Assembly: GCA_910592345.1 (NCBI GenBank)
Contig: CAJVPI010000001.1
Coordinates: 1-64,000, forward strand
From: Paraglomus brasilianum
Lineage: Eukaryota
Direction: 5' to 3'
DNA: 64,000 nt
Shown: piece after piece, positions 26,351 to 38,199 of the stretch
Numbering within the stretch: position 1 is the first letter of the stretch
Layout: every line of letters starts with the position of its first letter
Made by a program: the position numbers and the translations under genes
Notes under the pieces: model-generated
The model's input: the letters and a program-made list of their open reading frames with translations, nothing else
Told to the model about the DNA's origin: nothing
The model's database searches: none

Positions 26351-27579
26351 ATGTTACCTTCGCGACAAGTTTGGATGTTAAACCATATTGATTGCGACCC
26401 AACAGTTTTTCATTTCTGATAGATGAGTGGCAGATGTGTGGGCGCGCCAATCTATGAATATTTCGCACGACTCTCACCACCTGGTCTTTGATGTTAGATC
26501 CATAATCAGTCAGTTTAATCTTACCCGAATTCTTCAACACATAATAAGAAATGCTTAAAATTATGATGCTTGCAATAACAGTCGCCTACCCATTTCCTTC
26601 TATATAGTAATAGACTTGTATAGTCATGCTAAAACATGCATTGTTATCGATTAGCAAGCCCGAATACTTCCACGTCCATCACAGTCAAAAGACCAAGACG
26701 GAATAAGTCGCCCAGAGTATCCACGAAATGTACTTGATCGAATGGCCGTTATTTGACAGCCATGTCTATGTCGTAAAGATTGGTTTGACAAGGGACAGTG
26801 CTTGTTAACTGAAGCCTGACACTGAAACGATTACTTCCTCTGATGAGACTCTTGATTTTTTGCCGTAAAGAGAATTGCATGCGTGGGGATCGGTCAATTT
26901 GATTGATATACATGGTACATAGAAAGACTCTCAAGCAATTCAAAAGCTAATCTCCGCCTCCTATTGTATGATATATATAATACGTCAGACTATGATTATT
27001 ACAAGACGCTTAACATCTATCAACCTTGCCCACTCTCCGCTGATGTCAAGGTGAAACTCAAAACGAACCGTGGCAAAACGAGTTGGTATACTTCCAAAGG
27101 ACATGTCGTGATGGAATGGCGGAGCGTATAAAGAAAGATAACATCTACAGGAGATGTCATAGCCACTACGATCTACTGTAGTTTCGGTGTTTGGGAATGA
27201 TTAAATTATTCTATTACTATCCGTGTAATTCGGAATAAAATTTAACTGCTTTCACGTGCAAAGATTCGATGTCGATTGAGTAATACAAAAATGCAATCAC
27301 TACATACTTTCGCGTTTTACGAGAGACAAGGTTCTAAGCAATACACAGAATGCTTCCCAACATAACTAACCAACTTTTATTTTTATGTCGAGTAGTAATT
27401 TAATACAGCTTTGATACGAATATAAACCATATCATCGATTCATTCCCAAAAAACCATATTTTCCGTTTTGACAATGTTCTTTTGTCAAGTTGCGCGATAT
27501 CACATTACCCCTTAAATGTTTATATTTGAAATAATATAGTGTTCATCTCGTCAGAATTCTTACAGTCCAAATATACATG

Positions 27580-28728
27580 TTACCAAATGCCCAGGACGTA
27601 GTCTTGTTCGGCTGCAGTTCTATACAATTCAATCGCTTGTCGAACATTTTTCTCTACTCCGGCACCTTTATAATAACAAACAGCAAGACGATACATTGCG
27701 GCGGAATATCCCTGGTCAACGGCCTTTTGATATGCCGTAGCCGCTTTGGTATATTCTTCCTCGACCTCTTCATAACATGTTCCAAGTGTAAATAGTGCGA
27801 CCACGTATCCCTGCGCGGCAGATTTTTCAAGCATTTCGATCGCCTTGCGATAATTGGCTTCCTCGTCCAGACTTTTTTCTAAATAACTTAAACCAAGACA
27901 ATACTGGGCCTTGGGATGGCCTTGTTGCGCTGCTTTATTATATAGGTGCATCGCCACACCGTTGTTCATGTCTACTCCGACTCCGTATTGATAACATTTG
28001 GCTAGTCTATATTGAGCTTTACTATAACCTTGTGCGACGCATCTGATATATAGATTGACGGCCTCTCGATCATCTTGAGCAACCCCCATTCCCGCCTTGT
28101 AGCATCTTGCCATTTTATATTGAGCCGGCGGATACTCTTGTTCGGCCGCTTTTTTATACTGCTCGATGGCCTTGCCAATGTCCCTCTCCACCCCTATCCC
28201 ACTCTCGTAACAGACGCCCAGATCTAATTGCGCTGGAGCGTATCCCTGATCGGCCGCACTTTGGAATAATTTGACTGCCTTTCGACGATTCCTAATTACG
28301 TATCGACCAGTCTCGTAGAATATGGCGAGATCGTGTTGAGCTCTAACGTCACCTTTTTTGGCTGCACTTCGACAAAGTTCGATCGCTTTCAATACGTTTG
28401 GTTTTACACCAATCCCATTGTTGTAGCATACGGCTAGATTAAATTGAGCACTGGCAAGCCCTTGCGCGGCCGCTTTCTCGTACAACTCGACTGCCAATTT
28501 AGCATTCTTTTCTACACCGATTCCTTTGTGGTAGCTGATCCCCAGATTATACAAGCCGAGAGCATAGCCTTGATCAGCAGCTTTCTGATAGAGTTCAAAT
28601 GCCTTTTCGTAACTTTGTTCTACCCAATCACTATATTTATAAAATTCAGCCATGCAAACCTGTGCATATGGGTCTCCTCCGAGGGCGGCTTTTTGGTAAT
28701 ATTCGAACATTCCTTCCGTAATCTCCAT
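27580..28728 (-). CDS. Sel1-like repeat protein, about 10 repeats
   Basis: Uninterrupted Sel1 repeats; likely start MEITEG at 28728 (the upstream in-frame extension spans the TATA-like motif); ends mid-repeat (DYVLGIW*). Confidence 0.9.
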   Translation of the reverse strand: MEITEGMFEYYQKAALGGDPYAQVCMAEFYKYSDWVEQSYEKAFELYQKAADQGYALGLYNLGISYHKGIGVEKNAKLAVELYEKAAAQGLASAQFNLAVCYNNGIGVKPNVLKAIELCRSAAKKGDVRAQHDLAIFYETGRYVIRNRRKAVKLFQSAADQGYAPAQLDLGVCYESGIGVERDIGKAIEQYKKAAEQEYPPAQYKMARCYKAGMGVAQDDREAVNLYIRCVAQGYSKAQYRLAKCYQYGVGVDMNNGVAMHLYNKAAQQGHPKAQYCLGLSYLEKSLDEEANYRKAIEMLEKSAAQGYVVALFTLGTCYEEVEEEYTKAATAYQKAVDQGYSAAMYRLAVCYYKGAGVEKNVRQAIELYRTAAEQDYVLGIW

Positions 28729-28850
28729 TATAAAAAAAGAAACGTTGTGCGTGTAGTATATGTTGTGTATGTTGTGTAAATGGTAGATGAGATATAGTTG
28801 CTTATAATGGGATGGGATGGTAGAGAATATATTCTTTCTCGTTGGCGGAC

Positions 28851-28871
28851 GTTGCGTGTATTTAAATGTTT
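28851..28871 (-). promoter_or_regulatory. TATA-like core promoter motif of Sel1 gene 3
   Basis: Minus strand AACATTTAAATACACGCAAC about 130 bp upstream of the ATG; resembles gene 1 motif including the downstream CCGCC.AC.A.AAA. Confidence 0.55.
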
Positions 28872-29361
28872 TCGATAAAAGGGATGGATCGAGAATCTTG
28901 CAGCTGCGGTTAAGACGATTGACCATGTAAAATATTGATGCTCATATAAATTTTATTATTATCAGTTATGGGCGCAATAAACGACGTGACAATGAACATT
29001 AGAAAAGTGCATGCTCGTATATCATGCGACATTGTACCTCAGCCAATACAATGCGAGTATCGGAGTTATCAGTATTCCAAGTTGTCAAATTTGGCCTAGA
29101 GTGACACCAGATAATGGGCCAAGCGCAGTTGTGGGAAAACCTCGATTGTCAAAAGGGGCGTAGGCTATTGTTTGTCAACGTACAATAGGCGGCACATCAT
29201 TACTACTTTCTTCTGACTCTTGCAACCCGGCGTTTGTTAATACTGATGATATATCGACGTATTTATCAGTTATACGCCATACTCGTGCCTAACGATACAC
29301 AATATGCATGTGGTGGTTTATTCAGTACGTGATTGAAAGAAGTTCAAGTATAGGGGGGGGG

Positions 29362-29443
29362 AATTGTAGGGGCAAGCAAAAATTGTAGGGGCAAGCGAAA
29401 ATGTAGGGGCAAGCAAAAATTGTAGGGTGCAAGCAAAAATTGT
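29362..29443. repeat. Four copies of a 19-bp unit AATTGTAGGGGCAAGCAAA after a G-run
   Basis: Units start at about 29362, 29381, 29400 and 29418; possibly subterminal repeats of a DNA transposon. Confidence 0.85.
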
Positions 29444-31186
29444 TCGAATAGGAGAACAATTGAGTTGAAAAAAAAAAAAAGACATCTCTCCCACGCATCC
29501 AGACAAGGGTTAAAGTTTGATTAATTTGCTATTCATTTATCTATTCGATTGAACTTGATGCGTGATTACGAATACAGCGTTCCTTTTTTGACAAATCTTG
29601 TCATGAATGTCCCAACAAACAATATGTGTGACTCTTACCATATTGTTTGTCGTTTAGCCATCATTCGGAACTTGGAATTTGGTTTTCTATTTTAAGCCTA
29701 GTATACAAATTTAAGGCTGCAATGTTCGGTCATACTGTGCAACGATCTAAGCCTCCTTGTCGTACGTTCTTTGATATGCTATTGGGTGGATGTTGAACAA
29801 ACCTTAATATTTTTGCATATACATATTTATTTGCATATTTGCTTCGGAGCATGATCTTCTGGATCCTCGCAACATTTGGGGTTTGTTTTTGTGTGCGATG
29901 TTCGTACCGCTAAATAATCTGATCGTAACCAGGAATGGTATTATTAATATGAAGAGTCCATTGGTAATTTGGGACAGACGAGATTACCGCCGCAAAAATA
30001 GACCATCGTTGCTGTCGTTATACCAAGAAGCATGCTTTGTTACAGTCCACGCTGTCTAATGTTTGAATAATGGAATTATATTTAATCTTCAATGTATACA
30101 GTAAACTTTAATTCTTCGGGTAATTATTGGTTTATCTTTTGATCACGAGTGACGTAATAATTGTGCTAATATTTATATTAATTAGATGATAGAATCACTT
30201 ATTCCGACATTTGTTCCAATTTTAGATTGATTGTTTGATAATTCTGTCTTGCGTTTGATTAGTTTGCTCCTTAAAATCTATGAGGAGATGGTTGTAATGT
30301 GTGAAACGTGGATTCTGGTCTTACTTGAATAGTCGCGTTCCTTATGGACTTGTAGGCGGAACAAATTTCATTCAGCCCTCTCTCTTAAAATAGAACGTAC
30401 AGCTATGCACGATGTGTCTGATGTATATTCCTGCTCAGTATAACAATAGTATACAGAATACTATTTATGATCGTGTACAATAATAATAAGGGATAATTCC
30501 CTATTTAATACTACTTGCAAGGAATAAAATACGCAACTTGTCTTACGTAAAGTTCAGAAATACCGATATAAAAATGGTCGCAAGCTTTACATCAAGAACA
30601 AATTATCCATCGACTGGACACAAGTCCCACACATACTCATTTCTGCCATCACATCGACATATTCCTCACTTGATAACAAGACGAACGACGAACGACGAAC
30701 CACCAAACAGCCCAACTATCGCTTTGTCGGACGGGAAAAAAAAAAGTCTTACTCTGGGCCGACAACTTCTTGTCTATGTCGAAAGAGTGGAAGGTCGAAA
30801 AGTCGAACCAGCTGCGCTTGGTTGAAATGGACTTAAATACCCAGAGCCTTTGTGTCCTTTTCTCTCCCCATACATATAAATATGTAAATTTTTATAAAAT
30901 TCATCACAATCACCTCCCTCACCCGGGTAAATCATCCCAGTCATCTCCATCACCCGGGTGGGGAAAAAAACAAAATCGTTATCTCTTCTTTCCTCTCTGC
31001 CGCCCGGATCTGATGAGGCCATTTGCGTCGACCGCGCCAAAGTTGAATGAAACGGCGCTTTTAAATGTGAGTAATAAAGTGGTATATTCTTCCTAAAATT
31101 CTAGACTATTACATAGACAATACTTATATATTTGGTTTATCTATTACAGTATTAATATTAATACGTAACCCCAGTAAAATTAACCT

Positions 31187-31306
31187 GGCGGTTCTGACGT
31201 TCCTTGGGCTTGGACAACGGTCCTCCAGCCATTCAATGCCAAATGACTTGTGTCTACTGCGCGCGATGGCTGGAGGTTTTGTTGTCGCATAACGACGCCG
31301 TTTTTT
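31187..31306 (+). ncRNA. Candidate small structured RNA (about 120 nt long hairpin ending in T6)
   Basis: GACAACGGTCCTCCAGCCAT (31213-31232) pairs with ATGGCTGGAGGTTTTGTTGTC (31266-31286); 5' GGCG pairs with 3' CGCC; TTTTTT at 31301-31306; AT-rich palindrome GTATTAATATTAATAC at 31149-31164. Confidence 0.4.
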
Positions 31307-34300
31307 AATTAAAAATGTATAGGTTTTACTATTTGTTAATTAACTAAATTTTTGAAAGTTTTTAAAATTTAAAAATATAAATTTCTCAATGTATGAAACT
31401 TGGACAGCTAGTCAAAAATTTTTTATAAAACTATATTATAACATTTAAAAATTCTTCGATCATTAATTAGATCATTTAAAGCGAATGAAAATTTTTTCAT
31501 CTTTGGCTAACAAATATTAATATCTTGTACTTGCAATCAAACAATATGTTACTGTAGTTCACAACGTTAATATGACAAATAAATGCAAAATTTAATATAT
31601 AACATGAGTTAAATATTGGCAGAATAACATCTCGACAAAGGTCGCGTTATAAGTTGTAATAAAAATTTAATTATAATAGTAATAGTCATATAATAGGATA
31701 GCGTTTTCCCGCCTCTCTCACAAGATCTCGAACTAGTGTTTTAATTTAGTCAATATGTAGTTATAAACAAGCCTGTGACAGAATCACTTAATAAAACATA
31801 TCGTTGTTTGTTTTTTTTTTTTACAATAACCACAGTTCAATGATTGAATATTACCTTATTAAATAAAGACATCAAGTCATTGGTGCTTATCTTGTTGAGC
31901 ATGAGCACAAAGAATAACTGAGAATTCTGCTGAGAAAAAAAACAATCCCAGATGAGTAAAGACGGTGACTGTAGCACTGTTATCAGTATGCTATTGGTGT
32001 CCGAATGAAATCGATGTTCCACTGCATTTATTTATAGCAATTATCGATTAAAGTTTTAATTCAGGAACTCGCATCTATTTTCTATTTTAAGCTATATGTT
32101 GTCAGCGGTAATACCATGGAAATATACTCAGCGCAAAAGAGAGAGCAGTCATGGAAATTGAGTTTCCCTGTAACCATACAATACAACATTAATGTCTGTT
32201 CTGACAATTTTTAATCTCGATTATGTATCCGTATGGACTTGATTAATTTTGTGACAAATCTCTCTTTATTTCCTCGTTCTCATGTTATCGGCAGGCAAAA
32301 AGAAACTAGACTGTACCTGATGATGATTCGGCACGACATATTATGTCTACCCAATCTCAAGAAAAAAGCTTTTGCATCATTTATTTTTGTGTTAGTTCAC
32401 AGATATCTTTTTTTTTTACTTGGTGTTCTTCTCGTCATTAACCCACGTCTAAACAAAATTGCGGCAACAGATTTCTTAGAGAGACAACGTATATTATGTA
32501 TGCTACTGGGCGAATATGCTTCGCGTAACGCTGCATTCTTAATTCATTACTCTGTCTCCACATTGTCTTAGAGTATGTTTTTTGACGGCAGAATCCAAGG
32601 AACACCATGCTCCCAGTATTATGATTACTTCACGACAGCAACAATCTGTCTAACATTTCCAATCATGCGTATAAAAATGAGTGGCTCAACTTACGTCAAT
32701 CATGCTTGATGTCCTCTGTAAGATGCGGCACGGCACATTCTTTACTTTTATTCAGAAATTTCTGCAGCGTTTAGTTAGGATCTTTGACGCTAGCCACCAT
32801 ACTTCTCAGTATTAATAAAGTTACAATATGAATTAAGAGTCGAATAAACTTGTTTCTAATACTTAATGTGTAGTAGACTCCCATAGAGAACTTTAATTCG
32901 GGAATGTTTCTACTTTAAATTTTAGTTTGTAAATATTCTCTGTCATATTTCTGTCGAGAACAATATTAGTTGTGTTATGTAAATGGTTGTAACTTCTTCA
33001 TATGACAGTAATTAATATATGACACATTGAAAAAATAATCACCTCAATAACAATCACCCATTTACATCTTAACGGTTATACAATTTACTACCAGTAATAC
33101 TCGTGGATACGTATTACCGAAGTTTAAGCTATAACAGCAAATTATAGCTAATTTGATATTAGCATTGAATATTAATACCACAAACAAAACGCGAACGACG
33201 ATCTAAGTAAACGTTCGATTAGATTGGTGATCAAATAAAAGTTGGAATCTATTGGTAAATCGAGATCATCCAATACACGTTCTGTAAGTAATGAGAATCC
33301 TATATACTCTCTGTATTGTAAACAATTTATGCTAGTAATATACGCGCATATTAACCGTTTTACTTGTTAAAACACGAATGTTTAAAATAATAATTTCAAC
33401 AAACAAAATTCTTTTTCCAATAGAAGACAATAACTAATAACGTTAAATTTTAAATTGCCTTTTTCTTATTTGGACCTTATTTTCTAATAGCAAAGTATAC
33501 ATTGATCTCTGAGGGGTTAATTCAAATTCTCAGCAAATAACAGCGTAGATTAAATTAATGCTACCTAAGCTAACAAATTCAATAATGAATTAGTAAATTT
33601 ATACAATACGAGATTTTATTAAATCATCAGATACAGTCTTCTGTATCAGCTTGAAGTTAATTGGTTATATTTTTAATTTAAACAGTAATATAGTGAAGTT
33701 GGTTACAATTTAAACATATTAATATGTAATTGCGTATGTGTATCTAATATGCCACATTATAAAAACAACTTTATAGCAAAAATAATTTGCTCTATTATTA
33801 TCTAAACTGATAAACTTAATTAATTGACAAGCTTCGAATAATGCAAGATATTAAATAAAAGAATAACTCTCATGCAACGACAAGGCTAAATTTCTTTTAA
33901 TTTCGACATGTTCCAATGTTTATATGGAATGATCTAATTATTACTGCAAAGAAACACTAGCAAAGTCAGGAATTCTTTTAACGGTTTATAATCAACTCGC
34001 CTAAAATGTTGAACACTTAACTAAAAATATGTGGTCGATCGATAAATTGAAAAGCTTATTGGGGACGTAATCAAGACCACATTTAGGATTATTGTTGACA
34101 AGATTGTATTAACAGTGCTTACCCATCATATAGTTTGGCAGTTAACAAAAAGTTGACACTTTATTTCGCTATCCTTTATCTCGCCTTCCGCTTATTGTAT
34201 TAAACCGTTTTGAAATACACATTCTTATATCATATATAGTATAATTTATCGAGTTTGCTTCTTGCATCCAATATTTTACATTGCAAATTTAGAAATAGTA

Positions 34301-34607
34301 AAATTGTCGGTTATTTTAATGTATGTAAATTTATTTTTAAATTTTTTATTTATTTTATGCAAAATTGAAAACATTTGTTGAAACTAAAGATAATTACAAA
34401 TAGGCAAATACAAATTTTTGTTACGTATAGTCAGTATTTAATCAATTTATTTTAACTTTATTTTATTTTATTAATTTACTACTTATTTGCCAGTTGGCTT
34501 AGAAGGGGGCGTTTGCGTGCGTCAGTGTTTTTTTAGGCATTGGGGATGTGAAGTGTATTTATAGTATCGCCCAGCCCTCTGACTTGCTTGCATTCCGTCA
34601 AATGTTC

Positions 34608-34795
34608 ATACACTTGACAAGAAGCCGGCCATTCGTGGCTGCTTCTTATCAAATAAATGAGATCATTTTATTGAATCTCATTAAACCCAGGTTTGATAAT
34701 GGGTTGTTGGGTTATGGTCCGAGGACTGTCTTGCAAGTGACAAAGACAACTGTCAAGTGCCCCGGACCGAGAGTAGTAACCCAGACCAAGTGCAT
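34608..34795 (+). ncRNA. Candidate multi-helix structured RNA (about 190 nt)
   Basis: Four consecutive hairpins (34614-34652 with UUCG loop, 34656-34682, 34684-34705, 34707-34784) enclosed by CACTTG/CAAGTG; G-U pairs favour the + strand; TATTTATA at 34556-34563. Confidence 0.45.
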
Positions 34796-37700
34796 TGAAA
34801 TTAAATTTCAAGTTTGGTACAAAGTCGATGTTTCTGTAAGAATATATGACAACAAGAAAAGGTCAATAACAAGAACTGCATACTGTCGTCTATTAATGAA
34901 AACGTTTCTACATACTTATTTGTGGGTATCTTTATACTTTTTATTTCAGTCTCTCTTTGTTGAGGATTGCAAATTACAGGATACATTCTTACGAGTTACT
35001 GACTCGATGAAGACAGTACTGCTTTTATTTGACCGTGATGCGGTTGTACAACGTCCCCCGATTATCAGTGCATATATGTAGATAACACCAATATCGATCA
35101 GTCTTTTATAAGTTTGTATATGCTCTGATGTTGCATATAGTGCATGTGGGTATGTGGGTATGTGGGTGTACATATGTATGCTTGTATGTATTTAAGTATA
35201 ATAGCCAAGGTGTTATAAAAAGCGTCCTTAGAGTTCCAAGCTCATGAAATTCATCTGTTTTGAGCCAGAAGCCACAGTTGCAAAACTCAGAGATAATCTA
35301 TCGTCTGCATCTGTCGCCATATTATTTTCCAAAAATCGACTACACAGTGAAAAAACTATTTGCGGTTACTCTACATTGGTCAATGACCAATCCAGTGTGA
35401 GCATGCTGCAAACACTATCACACAGCTTTTATCGAGATATCATCAACCTTCTGTTTCAAGATAAACAATAACGGCAGACATGGCCAATGGTTGTTGGTCA
35501 AAACTGTGTACCCTCTTCAAATTTACGATGCGCTAGATTCTGTACTGCTCTTCTGTTACATCTAACGTGTGTCAACGAATTTAAGCTTTCTGTACTCCCG
35601 TCTTGTTAATTGCGTATACTATTGAAAACAGTTACATGCCAATATATATCATTATCATCTTCATCATCACCTCATTACTATGTTATACAATATTTATTGC
35701 TGCAAGGAACGGCTAATAGTGGTAATCTATTTATCCATGAACTTCATATAGAATGATTATCCGAGGCCTCCATTTTAATCTTGAACTGTTACATCAATTT
35801 AAATTTTGCCTTTATACTGTATTAGTATGCACACTTCCTATATTATCAGAGAGAATCTTATCCGTAAACAAAAAAAAAAAAAAAGAGATCTCACAAGCAA
35901 ATGCTTTAATAACTGATCACATGGTAAACTCGATTTCATAGGTGTTGAAATGTGAATTCATTAATTTAATATATTAGAACTCGGTATTAATAATAGTACT
36001 GTTCAAATTGAAAATGCATGTCTACGATAGTCTAGCAACGACTTTACCTACATCGGAAGCTGGCGCGTATTCCGTTCCATTCATTCTGAAAAAGGGAGGA
36101 TTGTTATCATGTTACAATCTGTATAGTACATACAGTAAATGCCAAGCACAAAGCAATTTACAAAATAGCATACAGAAAAACGATAGGCCAATATATTGTA
36201 ATCTTTGTTTATATCGATCGTACCAAAAGAAGTAGATTATAATAGTGAATTACGATAGAATAACCGTTAGACCGTATGTCGTTGGAGAAGATACTAAAAG
36301 AGTTGAATTAGCAGCTATAAGCATGTAAACGACTACATACCTGAATTATACAATTTAGAGAAAACCCGATTGGTTGTGTATGATATTAGTTGTAGACGTT
36401 CGATTAACATCTGATGATCGTTGTATGGTAGGTTTTACAAATAATAAGAATGTCCCAATTAAAAAATACGCGTGTGTTTAGCAGAAGGAAAATTTTTTCA
36501 TTTAGCTCATGGTAATAGTAAAGCAATCAATTTGCCCTTGTTCGATTTGTATGGAATTCATTTCTATTGCTTTACAAAGTTTAATTAAATGAGACGGGTT
36601 GTACCATATTACGCTTGGTGTTTGGGCATTCTACTCTTACCAATGTATGATTATTGTTTTGACTAAACAACACTAACGTTGCACAGTGAATGCCGAATAT
36701 ATTAATATGGATAAATAATCACAAATACGAGTGTATTTCATAGTACATAGAACATACAGAGTCTATTTATGGATAATGTAATAACAACAGTAGTGTTACT
36801 ATTGATAAGAATTGGGTTCTCAGTGTGCGGCACAACGAGCTAGGACAAGCTCCTCTGAGAGAGCTTGAATGTCAGATAAGACATCTGCCAAGATTACGAC
36901 GCGGTCGGCAATTTGAAATTACGTGTGTAGGACTCTGATGTTAAGGAATATACTGTATGTACAGGCATCGACATTGTTTAAAACACATACGTTACGCTGT
37001 TTGATTTGAGCTCGTCAATTCTCTTTCCAACAGATTCTCAAGTTTTACTACCAAGTCTCTTGTCCTTTTTGACCTCTCCCATACTTGTACATCATCGATT
37101 GACATACGCATCATTTGAACAAGGCATGTGAAGAGAACGGATTATGTCTGACTAGTCTGATGAGCACTCGTATTACAAACGGTATCCAGTCCAGTCCAGT
37201 TCAGTAAAGGTCTGCTACACCCTGCTATTTACCCTACCCGGATCACGGGATATGCTGATGTATTCGCTTTTTGCCATAAGTCAACGAGATTCGCATATCC
37301 GCTGCTCCAGTTCTTGAACACTTATTTAGTAGGATCGTGCTTCCTCGGCTGATTAGAAATACCAACTACTACGGTCATATCTTAATAATATTCTCAATAG
37401 AATCTTTGATAAACATCTATAAGCACGGCGATGGTAGTCACGTCAATGAGGAAGAATGCTGAAGAATGAATATAGAATTATTTACAATACAGACAATTAG
37501 CCAAGTAGGGCATGGAAAGATGTTGCATATTGTATTCTGGATGATTATGGCAAACAACTATCTAGAATAAAACCGTTCATCAGAGTGAGTGTGGACGATA
37601 AGCGATCAAGGCACTGATCGAATGTAATGATAAGGATTATACTATGTATTGAGCGATTATACAGATAGATCGAGTGACCAAACTTACAATAAGATGCGTC

Positions 37701-38199
37701 ACTTTGATATTAACTTGAAGCCTATTTCCACCCAAGTAACCTTCATCTACACCATATCGATATTATACCTTCTCTTTCAAGTCCCACATGCCGTATACCG
37801 TCGTAAAGGGTAAACACATCTTCAACTTTTATTGCATCGCTCAAACACCTTTGCATTATCCTGGAAAGTAGAGTCTACATTTTACCACTAGCACTATCCA
37901 CAGTCACTAAAAACATTATGATGGGTAATTGGAAGAGTTTTGCGAATCCAGTTTGTGCAGATGCTGAGCTATAGTAGTTGTTCGACATCTATCCACTCCA
38001 GCCAATAGAGAACTTGACAATAACATCTGGATGGAGAAAGCTAAATTTTCTGTTCGTTTGGATAATAATTTTTGCCTTATTAATAGTAAGATTACCGCAT
38101 TCCCTTTCACGATGTTCTGAATACCGTTCAATTAACGTTCGTCGAGTAGGAACTAGATACTTATTATGAGTGCGGACCTGTCGTTCGAATCTCTCTCAC

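Noticed and set aside
26250..26540. Protein kinase suggested by KIKLTDYG
   Set aside because: No HRD/APE or other kinase motifs in any frame nearby.
30995..31060. Hammerhead ribozyme-like CTGATGAG...GAAAC
   Set aside because: No G-C closed stem II, no NUH cleavage triplet paired to stem III, and no room for stem I.
34715..34775. Resemblance to RNase MRP RNA (GAGGACT...AAGT.CCCCGGACC..GAGAGT)
   Set aside because: The required downstream CR-V (GGGGCUnAnU) partner for P4 is absent.
37150..37185. Second CTGATGAG hammerhead-like core
   Set aside because: No following GAAA and no stem II.
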